A stretch of 64,000 nt of DNA from an uncultured Bacillota bacterium (lineage in GTDB: Bacteria > Bacillota > Limnochordia > Limnochordales > ZCTH02-B6): contig CALJUZ010000064.1 in NCBI GenBank assembly GCA_937975235.1, positions 9,306 to 73,305 of the forward strand. The letters run 5' to 3'. Shown here piece by piece: positions 17,790-26,303 of the stretch; position 1 is the stretch's first letter, and each line of letters begins with the position of its first letter. Below the pieces are notes generated by a model. It worked only from the letters and a program-made list of their open reading frames with translations. It did no database searches and was not told where the DNA came from. Made by a program: the position numbers and the translations under genes.

Positions 17790-19115
17790 ATGTCGGCTCA
17801 AACGTTGCTGCTGATCCTTCTGACCGTCATCATCGGCTTCGGCTCGGCGCTGGCCCCGGGCGGCCCGCCGCCGGGCCCGGCCCCGGGCGCCGGGGAACAT
17901 GCACCGGCCCCGGTCGGGCCCCGGGCCGTCCTGGCCGTGGTCACCGGCGACGCGGCGCCGCTGTACGCCGCGGCCGACGCCGGCCACGCCGCGGGGCAAC
18001 TGGCGAAGGAAGATCCCCTCATTGTCCTTGAGGACGCGGGCTCCCGCCTTCGGGTCCGCACGGCGGACGGCCGCGAAGGCTACGTGCCGCGCCCGCTGGT
18101 GCGTCTTCTGACCGCGCCGCCCGTGCCTGAAAACTTCCGGGTGCTGGGCTACTACATGAACGATCCGGACGGGGCGTCCCGGCGGTCCCTGGAACAGAAC
18201 AAGGACACGCTGACGGACGTGGCGCCCTGGACCTGGGGCGTCACGGCCCGGGGCGAGCTGGTGACGGTTTATTTCGACGAGCGGCGGCTGGGCGAGCTGC
18301 TTTCCTGGGCGGGACGCAACGGGCTGAAGACCCAGGCGCTGGTGCACAACTTCAATCCGGCCAAAGGGGCCTTCGACCCCGAACTGGCCGACGCGCTGCT
18401 GTCGAACGCCGCCGCGCGGCGCGCGGCGGTGCAAAATATCGTCGACACGGCGGCGCGCTGGGGACTGAGCGGCGTTCACGTCGACTTCGAAGGCGTGCCC
18501 GCGGCGCGCCGGGACGACTTGACGTCGTTCATGGCCGAGCTGGCCCGCCGCGCGCACGAGCACGGACTGGAAGTCAGCATGGCGGTGCCGGCCAAGACCG
18601 CGGCCGCCGCGTCGGCCCTTTGGTCGGCGGCGTACGACTACCGCGCGTTGGCCGAATACGTGGACTTTCTCATGATCATGGCGTACGATCAGCACTGGCG
18701 GGGCGGCGCGCCGGGACCCGTCGCGGCCCTGCCGTGGGTGCGCGACGTCATCGAGTACGCGCTGGACCCCGAAGGCGGCGCCGTGCCGCCTGACAAGCTG
18801 TTGCTAGGCGTGCCCGTGTACGGCTACGACTGGCCCGCGGGCGGCGGGTGGGCCGACGCGGTCACCTACGCGCAAACCATGGCCCGTCTCGGGGCGCTGC
18901 AGGCGCACGGCGCCGGGGTCACCGTCCGCTGGCATCCCGGCCACCGTTCTCCGTTTTTCACCTACTCCGGACGGACCGTGTGGTATGAAAACGCCCACAG
19001 CGCCGCCTATAAACTGCTGCTGGCCGCCGAATACGGCCTGGGCGGCGTCGCCTTCTGGCGCCTGGGGCAAGAGGATCCGCACCTTTGGGACGTCCTGCGC
19101 CGCGCCGTGCGCTGA
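17790..19115 (+). CDS. glycoside hydrolase family 18, spore peptidoglycan hydrolase-like (YdhD/YaaH type) with N-terminal SH3-like domain
   Basis: Only plus-strand gene. ATG preceded by GGAGGA. Has a signal/TM segment, an SH3-like segment (LRVRTADGREGYVP), and a GH18 core with GVHVDFEGV (DxxDxE-type) and MAYDQHW. Confidence 0.85.
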   Translation: MSAQTLLLILLTVIIGFGSALAPGGPPPGPAPGAGEHAPAPVGPRAVLAVVTGDAAPLYAAADAGHAAGQLAKEDPLIVLEDAGSRLRVRTADGREGYVPRPLVRLLTAPPVPENFRVLGYYMNDPDGASRRSLEQNKDTLTDVAPWTWGVTARGELVTVYFDERRLGELLSWAGRNGLKTQALVHNFNPAKGAFDPELADALLSNAAARRAAVQNIVDTAARWGLSGVHVDFEGVPAARRDDLTSFMAELARRAHEHGLEVSMAVPAKTAAAASALWSAAYDYRALAEYVDFLMIMAYDQHWRGGAPGPVAALPWVRDVIEYALDPEGGAVPPDKLLLGVPVYGYDWPAGGGWADAVTYAQTMARLGALQAHGAGVTVRWHPGHRSPFFTYSGRTVWYENAHSAAYKLLLAAEYGLGGVAFWRLGQEDPHLWDVLRRAVR

Positions 19116-19927
19116 GACCGGCGCTCCAGGAGGGCGCCCACCGGGACCACGCGCCAGCCGCGCGCGGTCAGTTCCTCCAGAATGGACGGCAAGGCGGCCA
19201 GCGTCGGCTCCGTCGGATGCATGAGCACGATGGCGCCCGGCTGCACGTGGGGCACCACGCGCCGCACGATGACCTCCGGGGCGGGCCGCCGCCAGTCCAC
19301 CGTGTCGATGGTCCACATGACGGTCCAGTGGCCCGTGCCGGCGGCGATGCGGGCGATGCGCGCGTCCACCTCGCCGTAGGGCGGCGCGTACAGCTTGGTC
19401 TCCACGCCGGTCAGCTCCTTTAGCCGCTGCCGGGCGAGGACGATGTGGTCTCGCAGCGCCGCGTCGTCCAGCGCCTTCGGGTGGTCGTGCCGCCAGCCGT
19501 GGTTGCCCAGTTCGTGGCCGGCCCGAACCAGGCCTCGAACGAGTTCCGGCTCCAGCTCGGCGAAACGGGCCGTCGGAAAAAAGGTCACCCGCGCGCCGTA
19601 CCGGTCCAGCACGGCCAGCATGTCAGGCAGCAGTTCCCCGCCCCAGTCCAGGTTGACGGCGAAAGCCACCAGCTGCTCGTCCACGGGCACCCGGTAGACG
19701 GGCGTGTCGGCCCGCAGCGGCGCCGCCTCCGCAGGCGGTCCCGCGGCCGCGGGCGCCGCGCCGCCCGGAGCAACGTTCCCAAGGACGCCCGGAACGGCGG
19801 CAGGCAGGACGTCGGGCAACAGGCCCAGGCCGGCCGCCAGCGCGGCCAGCAAGACCGCCGCCAGCGCCGCCGAGCCCACCCGCCGCGCGGGGACGTGAAT
19901 GGCGACAAAGGCCGGCCCTTTCCGCAA
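19007..19927 (-). CDS. polysaccharide deacetylase (PdaA/PdaB-like, CE4)
   Basis: NodB-type motifs VAFAVNLDWG, GHELGNHGWRHDH, LYAPPYG, IVLMHP. TTG start preceded by GAGAGGTG. The C-terminal about 40 aa is low-complexity and overlaps the convergent GH18 gene. Confidence 0.85.
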   Translation of the reverse strand: MRKGPAFVAIHVPARRVGSAALAAVLLAALAAGLGLLPDVLPAAVPGVLGNVAPGGAAPAAAGPPAEAAPLRADTPVYRVPVDEQLVAFAVNLDWGGELLPDMLAVLDRYGARVTFFPTARFAELEPELVRGLVRAGHELGNHGWRHDHPKALDDAALRDHIVLARQRLKELTGVETKLYAPPYGEVDARIARIAAGTGHWTVMWTIDTVDWRRPAPEVIVRRVVPHVQPGAIVLMHPTEPTLAALPSILEELTARGWRVVPVGALLERRSQRTARRRTSQRCGSSCPRRQKATPPRPYSAASSSL

Positions 19928-19999
19928 ACGGCAGCACCTCTCACGGAAACGTATGCCGGAGATGCGGTCGCGTATGCGGCGGGCCGGGTCAGCGTCTCG

Positions 20000-22183
20000 T
20001 CAGGCGCGCGCAGCGCCGTCTCCGGGCGGGGCCGCGGGCGGCAGCCAGCGCCGCACCGCCTCGGCCAGCGAGCGCGCGTCGGTCTGCAGCCGCGTGCATG
20101 CGGGGAGGGCGTCCAGGAAGCGGCGGCCGTAGCCCCGCTGGTGAACCCGGATGTCGGCGATGATGACGGCGCCCCGGTCCGACTTGGTGCGAATGAGCCG
20201 CCCGAAGCCCTGCCGGAAGCGCATGACGGCCCGCGGCAGAGCGTAGTCGTTGAAGGCGTCGCCTCCCCGCTGCGCCACGGCCTCGGCCCGGGCCTTTTCC
20301 ACGGGGTCCGTGGGCACGCGAAACGGCAGGCGGCAGATGACGACCAGCGACAAGGCCGGGCCCGGCACGTCTACGCCTTCCCAGAAGCTGTCGGTGCCGA
20401 AGAGCACGGGCCGAAGGGCGCGGCGAAAGCGCTGCAGAAGGCGCGTGCGGGAGCCGTCGCCTTGCTTCAGCACCGTCATTCCTTGGGCGCTCAAAGGGGC
20501 GGCCAGCACGCCGTAGGCCGCTTCCAGGGACCGGTAGGACGTAAACAGCACGAAAGCCCGCCCGGCGCTGGCCTGCAGCCAAAGCCCGAGCGCGTTGGCC
20601 AGCGCGCCGTCAAAGGCCGGATCGTCGGGCGCGGGCAAGTCGGCCGGCAGTCCCAGCAGCACTTGCGCGGAGTAGTTGAAGGGCGACGGGATGCGCTGCT
20701 CGACGGCGACGGCAGGCCAGCCGGCCAGGCCGGTGCGGCTTTTGAAGTAGTCGAACTCGTCGCCCGCGGACAGCGTGGCGGACGTAAACACCGCGGTCTT
20801 GACGTGCCGCAGCAGGGAGTCCTGCAGCAGCGTGCCCACTTCCACCGGTGCGGAGCGCAGGGCGTACTCCTCCCGCCGCCCTCCGGCCCGCTCCAGCCAG
20901 TATACGAACCGGCCGTCGGCGGCCTCGGCCAGGTCCACCAAGTCGGCCGCGGCGTCCACGGCCCGGCGGCCCAGCGCCTCGGCTTCCCGGGCGAGAATTT
21001 CCGCCTCCTGGTCTCCCGGCCGCCAGCGCCGCACCGCTTCCGACAACGCCTGAAGGGCGAGGCCCAGCTGTTCCAGGCCGTCGGCGGTGCGCGACCACCC
21101 GGCCGGCTCCAGCTGTCCCGGCGACAGCTCCACGTGGCCCTCGCCGCGCCCGCGGCCGTCCGCCCCGTCGGCCGCCCGGGCGGCGGCCGTCAAGTAGGCA
21201 AACAGGCCGTCCGCGGCCTGCTGCACCGCGGCGGCCCACTCGGGCACGGCCTGCAGCCGCTGCACCACCTGTCCGGCATCCTGGCCCGCGGGCCGGCCGG
21301 CGATGAAATGCTGCAGCCTCTCCAGCAGGCGGCCGCGGCCGGTTATCCGGGACAGCAGCCGCCGCACGCGCGTGCGGCTGAAGCGCGCGCCGAAGTGTTC
21401 GGTCACCACGTCCTCCAGGTGATGGGCTTCGTCGAAGATGACGTGCTCATAGCCCGGCAGGACGCTGATGTCGGTTTCCCAGCCCAGCTGGGCCCGGACG
21501 GCTGCGTCCGCGCACACGAGGTGATGGTTGGCGATGATGATGTCGGCCTCCTGGGCCCGGCGGCGGGCGCGGAAGAAGTAGCACCGCTCGTAAAAGGGAC
21601 ACGAGTGGCGCACGCACGTATCGCTTTCGGCGTGAATTTCGTCCCAGAGGGCGTCGTCGACGGTCAGCGGCAAATCGTCCCGGGAGCCCGAGTGAGAGTC
21701 GTCTTCGGCCCACTCCTTCAGCCTCCGGGCCGCCTCCCGCTCCGCGGGGAAAAGCGACATCTGGCCGTTCAGCGCCTGCTCCAGCCGCAGCAGGCAGACG
21801 TAATTGGTCCAGCCTTTGAGCACGGCCGCCCTAAAGGGCGCGTGGCGGGCCAGCGCCTCCTGCACCAGCGGCACGTCTTTGCGAAGCAGCTGTTCCTGCA
21901 GATTGATGGTGTTGGTGGACACGACGATGCGGGTGCGTTTGGCCCGGGCCGCGGCGGCCGCCGGGACCAAATACGCCAGCGACTTGCCGGTGCCCGTGCC
22001 GGCTTCCAGCAGCGCCACGCCGCCTTCCGCCAGGACCCGGGCCACCGCCTGGGCCATCTGCAGCTGCTGAGGGCGAACTTCGAACCCGGGCATGCGCCGG
22101 GCCACCGGACCGCCGGGCTCCAGCCACGCCGCGGCCTGCCGGATGCGAAGTTCCTGGGCATTGTCTTCCGTTCGCTCGGTCAA
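20000..22183 (-). CDS. ATP-dependent DNA helicase, DinG/XPD (Rad3-related) family
   Basis: 727 aa: Walker A EAGTGTGKSLAY, DEAHHLED box, a four-Cys cluster (CVRHSCPFYERC...VCAD) typical of Fe-S helicases, and C-terminal helicase motifs (FWEGVD). No N-terminal exonuclease domain seen. Confidence 0.85.
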   Translation of the reverse strand: MTERTEDNAQELRIRQAAAWLEPGGPVARRMPGFEVRPQQLQMAQAVARVLAEGGVALLEAGTGTGKSLAYLVPAAAAARAKRTRIVVSTNTINLQEQLLRKDVPLVQEALARHAPFRAAVLKGWTNYVCLLRLEQALNGQMSLFPAEREAARRLKEWAEDDSHSGSRDDLPLTVDDALWDEIHAESDTCVRHSCPFYERCYFFRARRRAQEADIIIANHHLVCADAAVRAQLGWETDISVLPGYEHVIFDEAHHLEDVVTEHFGARFSRTRVRRLLSRITGRGRLLERLQHFIAGRPAGQDAGQVVQRLQAVPEWAAAVQQAADGLFAYLTAAARAADGADGRGRGEGHVELSPGQLEPAGWSRTADGLEQLGLALQALSEAVRRWRPGDQEAEILAREAEALGRRAVDAAADLVDLAEAADGRFVYWLERAGGRREEYALRSAPVEVGTLLQDSLLRHVKTAVFTSATLSAGDEFDYFKSRTGLAGWPAVAVEQRIPSPFNYSAQVLLGLPADLPAPDDPAFDGALANALGLWLQASAGRAFVLFTSYRSLEAAYGVLAAPLSAQGMTVLKQGDGSRTRLLQRFRRALRPVLFGTDSFWEGVDVPGPALSLVVICRLPFRVPTDPVEKARAEAVAQRGGDAFNDYALPRAVMRFRQGFGRLIRTKSDRGAVIIADIRVHQRGYGRRFLDALPACTRLQTDARSLAEAVRRWLPPAAPPGDGAARA

Positions 22184-22229
22184 TCCCGCCGCCTCCGCCG
22201 ATCAGTTCGGCGCGGCGGCGGTGCCTCCT

Positions 22230-23048
22230 TCAGCGCCGCCCCAGCTCGTCCAGCCGCCGCAACAGGGGGACGCGCTCGATAGCCGCGCTGATGGACCCCC
22301 GCTCGGCCCATACGTGCAGGAGGACCAGAAAAGCGGCGGCCGCGCCCAAACCCCGCAGCGACAAGGCCGCGGCCGCCGCGGCACCCACCGCGGCGCCCAC
22401 GGCGTTGGCGCCCGCGTCGCCCATCATGGCCCGGGCCCGCAGATCGTACGGCGCGTAGGCCGCCAGCGCGCCCCAAAGCGGCAGCGTGTACAGCCAGGCC
22501 TGCCGGTCCGGCGAGACGCCGGCCAGCGCCGCCGCCAGCAGCGCCGCTCCCTTCACCGCCCTGCCCGGCCGCAGATCCAGCAGATTGACGGCGTTGGACG
22601 CCAGAGCGATGACCAGCGCTCCCAAAAGGAGGCCCGCGGCGCCGTCCCTGAGCACGGCGGCGGCGCCCAGCCCCGTGACGCCGCCGAAGACGGCCTTGAG
22701 CCCTCCGGTGGACAGTCGGCCCCGCAGCAGCAGCCCCATGTGTCCCCACAGCCCCTGGACGGTCTTGTCGCCCAGAACGTCATCGACGAATCCGACGAAG
22801 CCCATGGCGACGGTGACGAAGAGCAGCGTGACAGGAAAAGCCGCCGGCCGCGCCAAGGCCGCCGCGGACGCCGCCGAGAGAACCGTCGCGTAGACCAGGA
22901 CGATGAAAATCCCCGCTCCCGCCGGGACGGCTTCCCCGCGATAGTTGCGGCGTACCAGGCCCCCGTCCGCCAGCAGCCCCAGGCCGCCGGGCAGCGCGAC
23001 GCGGGCCAGACCGTACGCGGCCGCGGACAGGATGAGCCAGACCGCCAT
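22230..23048 (-). CDS. polyprenyl-phosphate sugar-phosphate transferase-like membrane protein (MraY/WecA GT4 family, short)
   Basis: 272 aa polytopic membrane protein with VDDVLGD and NAVNLLDLRPG motifs reminiscent of the MraY/WecA family. ATGA overlap with the upstream GT2 gene. Confidence 0.65.
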   Translation of the reverse strand: MAVWLILSAAAYGLARVALPGGLGLLADGGLVRRNYRGEAVPAGAGIFIVLVYATVLSAASAAALARPAAFPVTLLFVTVAMGFVGFVDDVLGDKTVQGLWGHMGLLLRGRLSTGGLKAVFGGVTGLGAAAVLRDGAAGLLLGALVIALASNAVNLLDLRPGRAVKGAALLAAALAGVSPDRQAWLYTLPLWGALAAYAPYDLRARAMMGDAGANAVGAAVGAAAAAALSLRGLGAAAAFLVLLHVWAERGSISAAIERVPLLRRLDELGRR

Positions 23049-23728
23049 CAGGGCGCCGCCGCCCGCCGCAGCAGCCGCGGCGCCAGCGCGCCAAAAAGGT
23101 GCGCCAGCTGGCGCCCCCGGTGGAGGAAGCCGGCCGCATCCCGTCCCGTACGGCGATGACGCATGTCCACCGGCACCTCGACGACCCGGAAACCCGCCCG
23201 GGCCGCGTCCACGGTCAGCGCCGCGTCGACGCCGAACCCACGGGCCAGGGGGCCGATCCGCTCCAGCACCGCCCGCCGCACCGCCCGCTGGCCCGAGAGG
23301 GGGCTGGCCATCTCCAGGCCCGTCAAGCCGCGCACCGCGAGACGGGCCACGCCCTGCACCAGCCCGAAACCCGACGGGCGGGCGCCGCGCGGAAACGCGC
23401 CCACCGCCATATCCGCCCGTCCGGCCAGCACGGGGTGCAGAAGCTTGGCCGCCTCCGAGGCGCTGGCCCCCAGGTCCGCGTCCAAAAATAACAGAACCTC
23501 CCCGCGCGAGGCCCGCACGCCGGCGGTGAGTGCCGCCCCTTTGCCCATATTGAACGGGAGCCGCACCACCGCGGCCCCTCGCTTCGCCGCGGCCGCCCCC
23601 GTGCCGTCGGAAGAGCCGTCGTCCACCACGATGACTTCATCAGGCCCCAGAGCCGCCACGGCCGCCAGCGTCGCCGGCAGCGGGCCGGCTTCGTTGAAGG
23701 CCGGTATGACGACCGATACAAGCGTCAA
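23048..23728 (-). CDS. glycosyltransferase family 2
   Basis: From TTG 23728: LTLVSVVIPAFNE...VIVVDDGSSDGT...FLDADL, the GT2 DxD pattern. TTGA overlap with the upstream gene. The longer ORF to 24124 is an artefact. Confidence 0.8.
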   Translation of the reverse strand: MTLVSVVIPAFNEAGPLPATLAAVAALGPDEVIVVDDGSSDGTGAAAAKRGAAVVRLPFNMGKGAALTAGVRASRGEVLLFLDADLGASASEAAKLLHPVLAGRADMAVGAFPRGARPSGFGLVQGVARLAVRGLTGLEMASPLSGQRAVRRAVLERIGPLARGFGVDAALTVDAARAGFRVVEVPVDMRHRRTGRDAAGFLHRGRQLAHLFGALAPRLLRRAAAP

Positions 23729-24372
23729 AATCCCTGCGCCCCCTCCGGCGCCGCCCCGCCGGCGTGCATGCCCGTCCCGGCCTCCGCCAGCCCCTCCACC
23801 ACGGCCTGCAGCCCCTCGGGCGCCGGAAGCAGCGGCACCACCCCGGGCCGGGCCCCGCCGGCGCTTCCGCCCGGTGCCGACGCCGCGGCCACGACGCCGC
23901 CCGGCGGCGGGGCGTCCCAGAGCTCCTCCACGGGGCCCCAGCCCTGGGCCCACAGCACAACGTAAGGCGCCGCCAGCTGGGCCGGCGGCGGCGGGTCCGC
24001 GGCCCACTTGACGGCTACCCGGACCCCGGCCAGCTCCAACACCGCGCGCAGGCGCGAGGCCAGCGGGTCGTCTTCCGCGGCGTACAGCGTGACGGGGCCG
24101 GCGGGCAGCCGGCCGCCGGCCCACGACGCGATGGCCGCGTCGACAAAGCGCTCCTCGCGCCGAAGCCGCTCCGTCAGGGCGTCCACCTCTTCCTGCAGCC
24201 GCCGGTTTTCCGCGCGCATGCGGTTCAGGCCGTCTTCAATGCGCTCCACCAGCCGCATTTGTTCCTCCAGAAGCATGCCGTCCTGGCTGAGCTGGGTGCC
24301 GATGAGCATGCCGACGCCGAGGGCCAGAAACACGCCGACAATGCCGGCCAGATGGCAGCGAAAATCGATCAC
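23725..24372 (-). CDS. copper transporter MctB-like family protein
   Basis: N terminus MIDFRCHLAGIVGVFLALGVGMLIG followed by a coiled-coil (LEEQMRLVERIEDGLNRMRAENRRLQEEVDAL), as in the MctB-like family found next to steA. Confidence 0.65.
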   Translation of the reverse strand: MIDFRCHLAGIVGVFLALGVGMLIGTQLSQDGMLLEEQMRLVERIEDGLNRMRAENRRLQEEVDALTERLRREERFVDAAIASWAGGRLPAGPVTLYAAEDDPLASRLRAVLELAGVRVAVKWAADPPPPAQLAAPYVVLWAQGWGPVEELWDAPPPGGVVAAASAPGGSAGGARPGVVPLLPAPEGLQAVVEGLAEAGTGMHAGGAAPEGAQGF

Positions 24373-24390
24373 GGCCTTCCCCCCGCCCGC

Positions 24391-25509
24391 CTACAGTCCC
24401 GCCAGAAGGCGCAGATGCAGCCACGCCAGCTTCAGCCACTGTTTCAGCGTGCCGCCCAGGGCCACCACGATGCCCGCCGGCACCAGGGCCGCCAGCGCGA
24501 TTTGCACGGGCTGCGACGGCCGCGGGCGGGCGCGGTACAGCCGGCTGACGCCCCGGGCGTCCACCAGCCGGGTGCCGATTTTCAGGCGCACGAGAAAGGT
24601 GGAACCCATGCCCGGACGGCCTTTTTCCAGAAAATCGACCAGATTGGAATGGGAACCGACGGCGACAATCAGGTCCGCGCCCGCTTCGTACGCGATGAGC
24701 ATGGCCAGGTCCTCGCTGGTGCCCGGCGCCCGCACCACCGACGCGGCCACGCCGGCCGCCTCGGTGCGCAGCAGTCCCGGCGCGCGGCCGTCGGGGTAGC
24801 CGTGCACGATGACGTCCGCGGCCGCCCGCAGCGCCGCATCCGACACGCTGTCCATATCGCCCACCACCACGTGGGGCCGCAGCCCCGCCTCCAGGAGGGC
24901 GTCGGCCCCGCCGTCGACGCCGATGAGCACCGGCTGCACGTCGTCGATATACGCCCGGAGGGCCGCGAGGTCGGCGCGATAGTTGTGGCCCCGCACCACC
25001 ACCAGGGCGTGCCTTCCCCGGACAGGCGTTTTCATCGGCGGCAGAGGCAGCGGATCGATGACCAGGCGCTTCTCGCGGCGGGCGTGCTCCAGCGTGTTCT
25101 CGATAAACCGCTCGGCCTGGGCCGGCAAGTTGCGCCGGGCCGCCTCCAGCCGGCGGGCCACCGCGTCCTCGGTTAGCCACACGCCGGTCGCGACCGGCGC
25201 ACCGCCGGCATAAATCCGCCCTCGGCGGTCAATGGCCACTTCCTGGCCGTCGGCCAGCAGGCGCCGCAGCGCGCCGGGCCCGTCCAGCAGCGGGATGCCG
25301 GCCGCCAGCAGCAGCGACGGTCCCATGTTCGGATACCGCCCGGTAATGGACGACGACGTGTTGATGACCGCCCGCACGCGCGCCCGCCGCAGGCCGTCCG
25401 CGGCCACTTCGTCCAGGTCCGGATGGTCGATGAGCGCGATCTCGCCCGGACGCAGGCGGCTCACCAGCGCCTTCGTGCGATGACCAAGCCGCACCGTTCC
25501 GCGAATCAC
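24391..25509 (-). CDS. steA: putative cytokinetic ring protein SteA
   Basis: 372 aa. N-terminal RLGHRTKALVSRLRPGEIALIDHPDLD, a thiamine-pyrophosphokinase-like core (VVGDMDS) and a C-terminal TM helix. Starts 24 nt after the spo0A stop. Confidence 0.8.
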   Translation of the reverse strand: MIRGTVRLGHRTKALVSRLRPGEIALIDHPDLDEVAADGLRRARVRAVINTSSSITGRYPNMGPSLLLAAGIPLLDGPGALRRLLADGQEVAIDRRGRIYAGGAPVATGVWLTEDAVARRLEAARRNLPAQAERFIENTLEHARREKRLVIDPLPLPPMKTPVRGRHALVVVRGHNYRADLAALRAYIDDVQPVLIGVDGGADALLEAGLRPHVVVGDMDSVSDAALRAAADVIVHGYPDGRAPGLLRTEAAGVAASVVRAPGTSEDLAMLIAYEAGADLIVAVGSHSNLVDFLEKGRPGMGSTFLVRLKIGTRLVDARGVSRLYRARPRPSQPVQIALAALVPAGIVVALGGTLKQWLKLAWLHLRLLAGL

Positions 25510-25533
25510 ATGAGTAGTATGGCCCCGGGGGAG

Positions 25534-26289
25534 CTAGCTGACGCGCATCTCGATGCACACCTGATCGGCCAGGCGGCCGATGAAGGAGGAATTGGACGGC
25601 TTGCCTTTGCCCGAGTCCACCAGGTAGCCGAACACCCGCTGAATCTCCTCCAGATTCCCTCGGGTCATGGTCACCTCGACGGCATTGCGGATGGCCCGCT
25701 CCACCCGCTCGGGCGACGTGTTGTGCCGGCGGGCGATGGAGGGATACAAGTCTTTCGTCACCGTGTGCAGCAGCGTCCGGTCGTAGACCACCATCAGCAC
25801 CGCGTCCAGCAGGTACTGATACCCTTTGAAATGGCCAGGCACGCCCAGCCGGTTCAGCCGCTCCGCCACCACCCGCAGCACTTCCCGGCGGCGCGCCTCC
25901 TCGCCGGCGGCCAGCAGGGCCGGCCCGGAGCCGGCAAACTGGCGCATGCGCCGCAGCAGCGTCGCGATGTCGAAAGGCTTGATTATGCAATAATGCGCGC
26001 CGAGGGACACGGCGCGCGCCAGCTCGCTTTCGTCCGACGCGTAGGCCGTGACGAAGATTTTCGGGCGCGGCGGCTCGCTGCACAGGCGCTGCAGCAGCTC
26101 GAAACCGTCCACGCCGGGCGGCTCCAGCTCCATGAGCACCAGCTGGGCGCCGCTGCGGCGGACCTTGGGAACGGCCTCGCGGCCGTCGTGCAGCACGGCC
26201 ACTATGTCGATGTCGCCCGCGAGGCGCGCCTCCTCGCTGACTCGCTCGCAAAATGTGCGATCAGAATCAATCATGAGGACTCGAATCAT
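25534..26289 (-). CDS. spo0A: sporulation master regulator Spo0A (atypical receiver: Glu at the acceptor position)
   Basis: Receiver domain plus the diagnostic Spo0A C-domain (GVPGHFKGYQYLLDAVLMVVYDRTLLHTVTKDLYPSIARRHNTSPERVERAIRNAVE...KPSNSSFIGRLAD). Gapless alignment to the B. subtilis receiver puts E54 (GAG, 26128..26130) at D56 and S9 at D11. Confidence 0.95.
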   Translation of the reverse strand: MIRVLMIDSDRTFCERVSEEARLAGDIDIVAVLHDGREAVPKVRRSGAQLVLMELEPPGVDGFELLQRLCSEPPRPKIFVTAYASDESELARAVSLGAHYCIIKPFDIATLLRRMRQFAGSGPALLAAGEEARRREVLRVVAERLNRLGVPGHFKGYQYLLDAVLMVVYDRTLLHTVTKDLYPSIARRHNTSPERVERAIRNAVEVTMTRGNLEEIQRVFGYLVDSGKGKPSNSSFIGRLADQVCIEMRVS

Positions 26290-26303
26290 AGTGCTTCCAT
26301 ATT

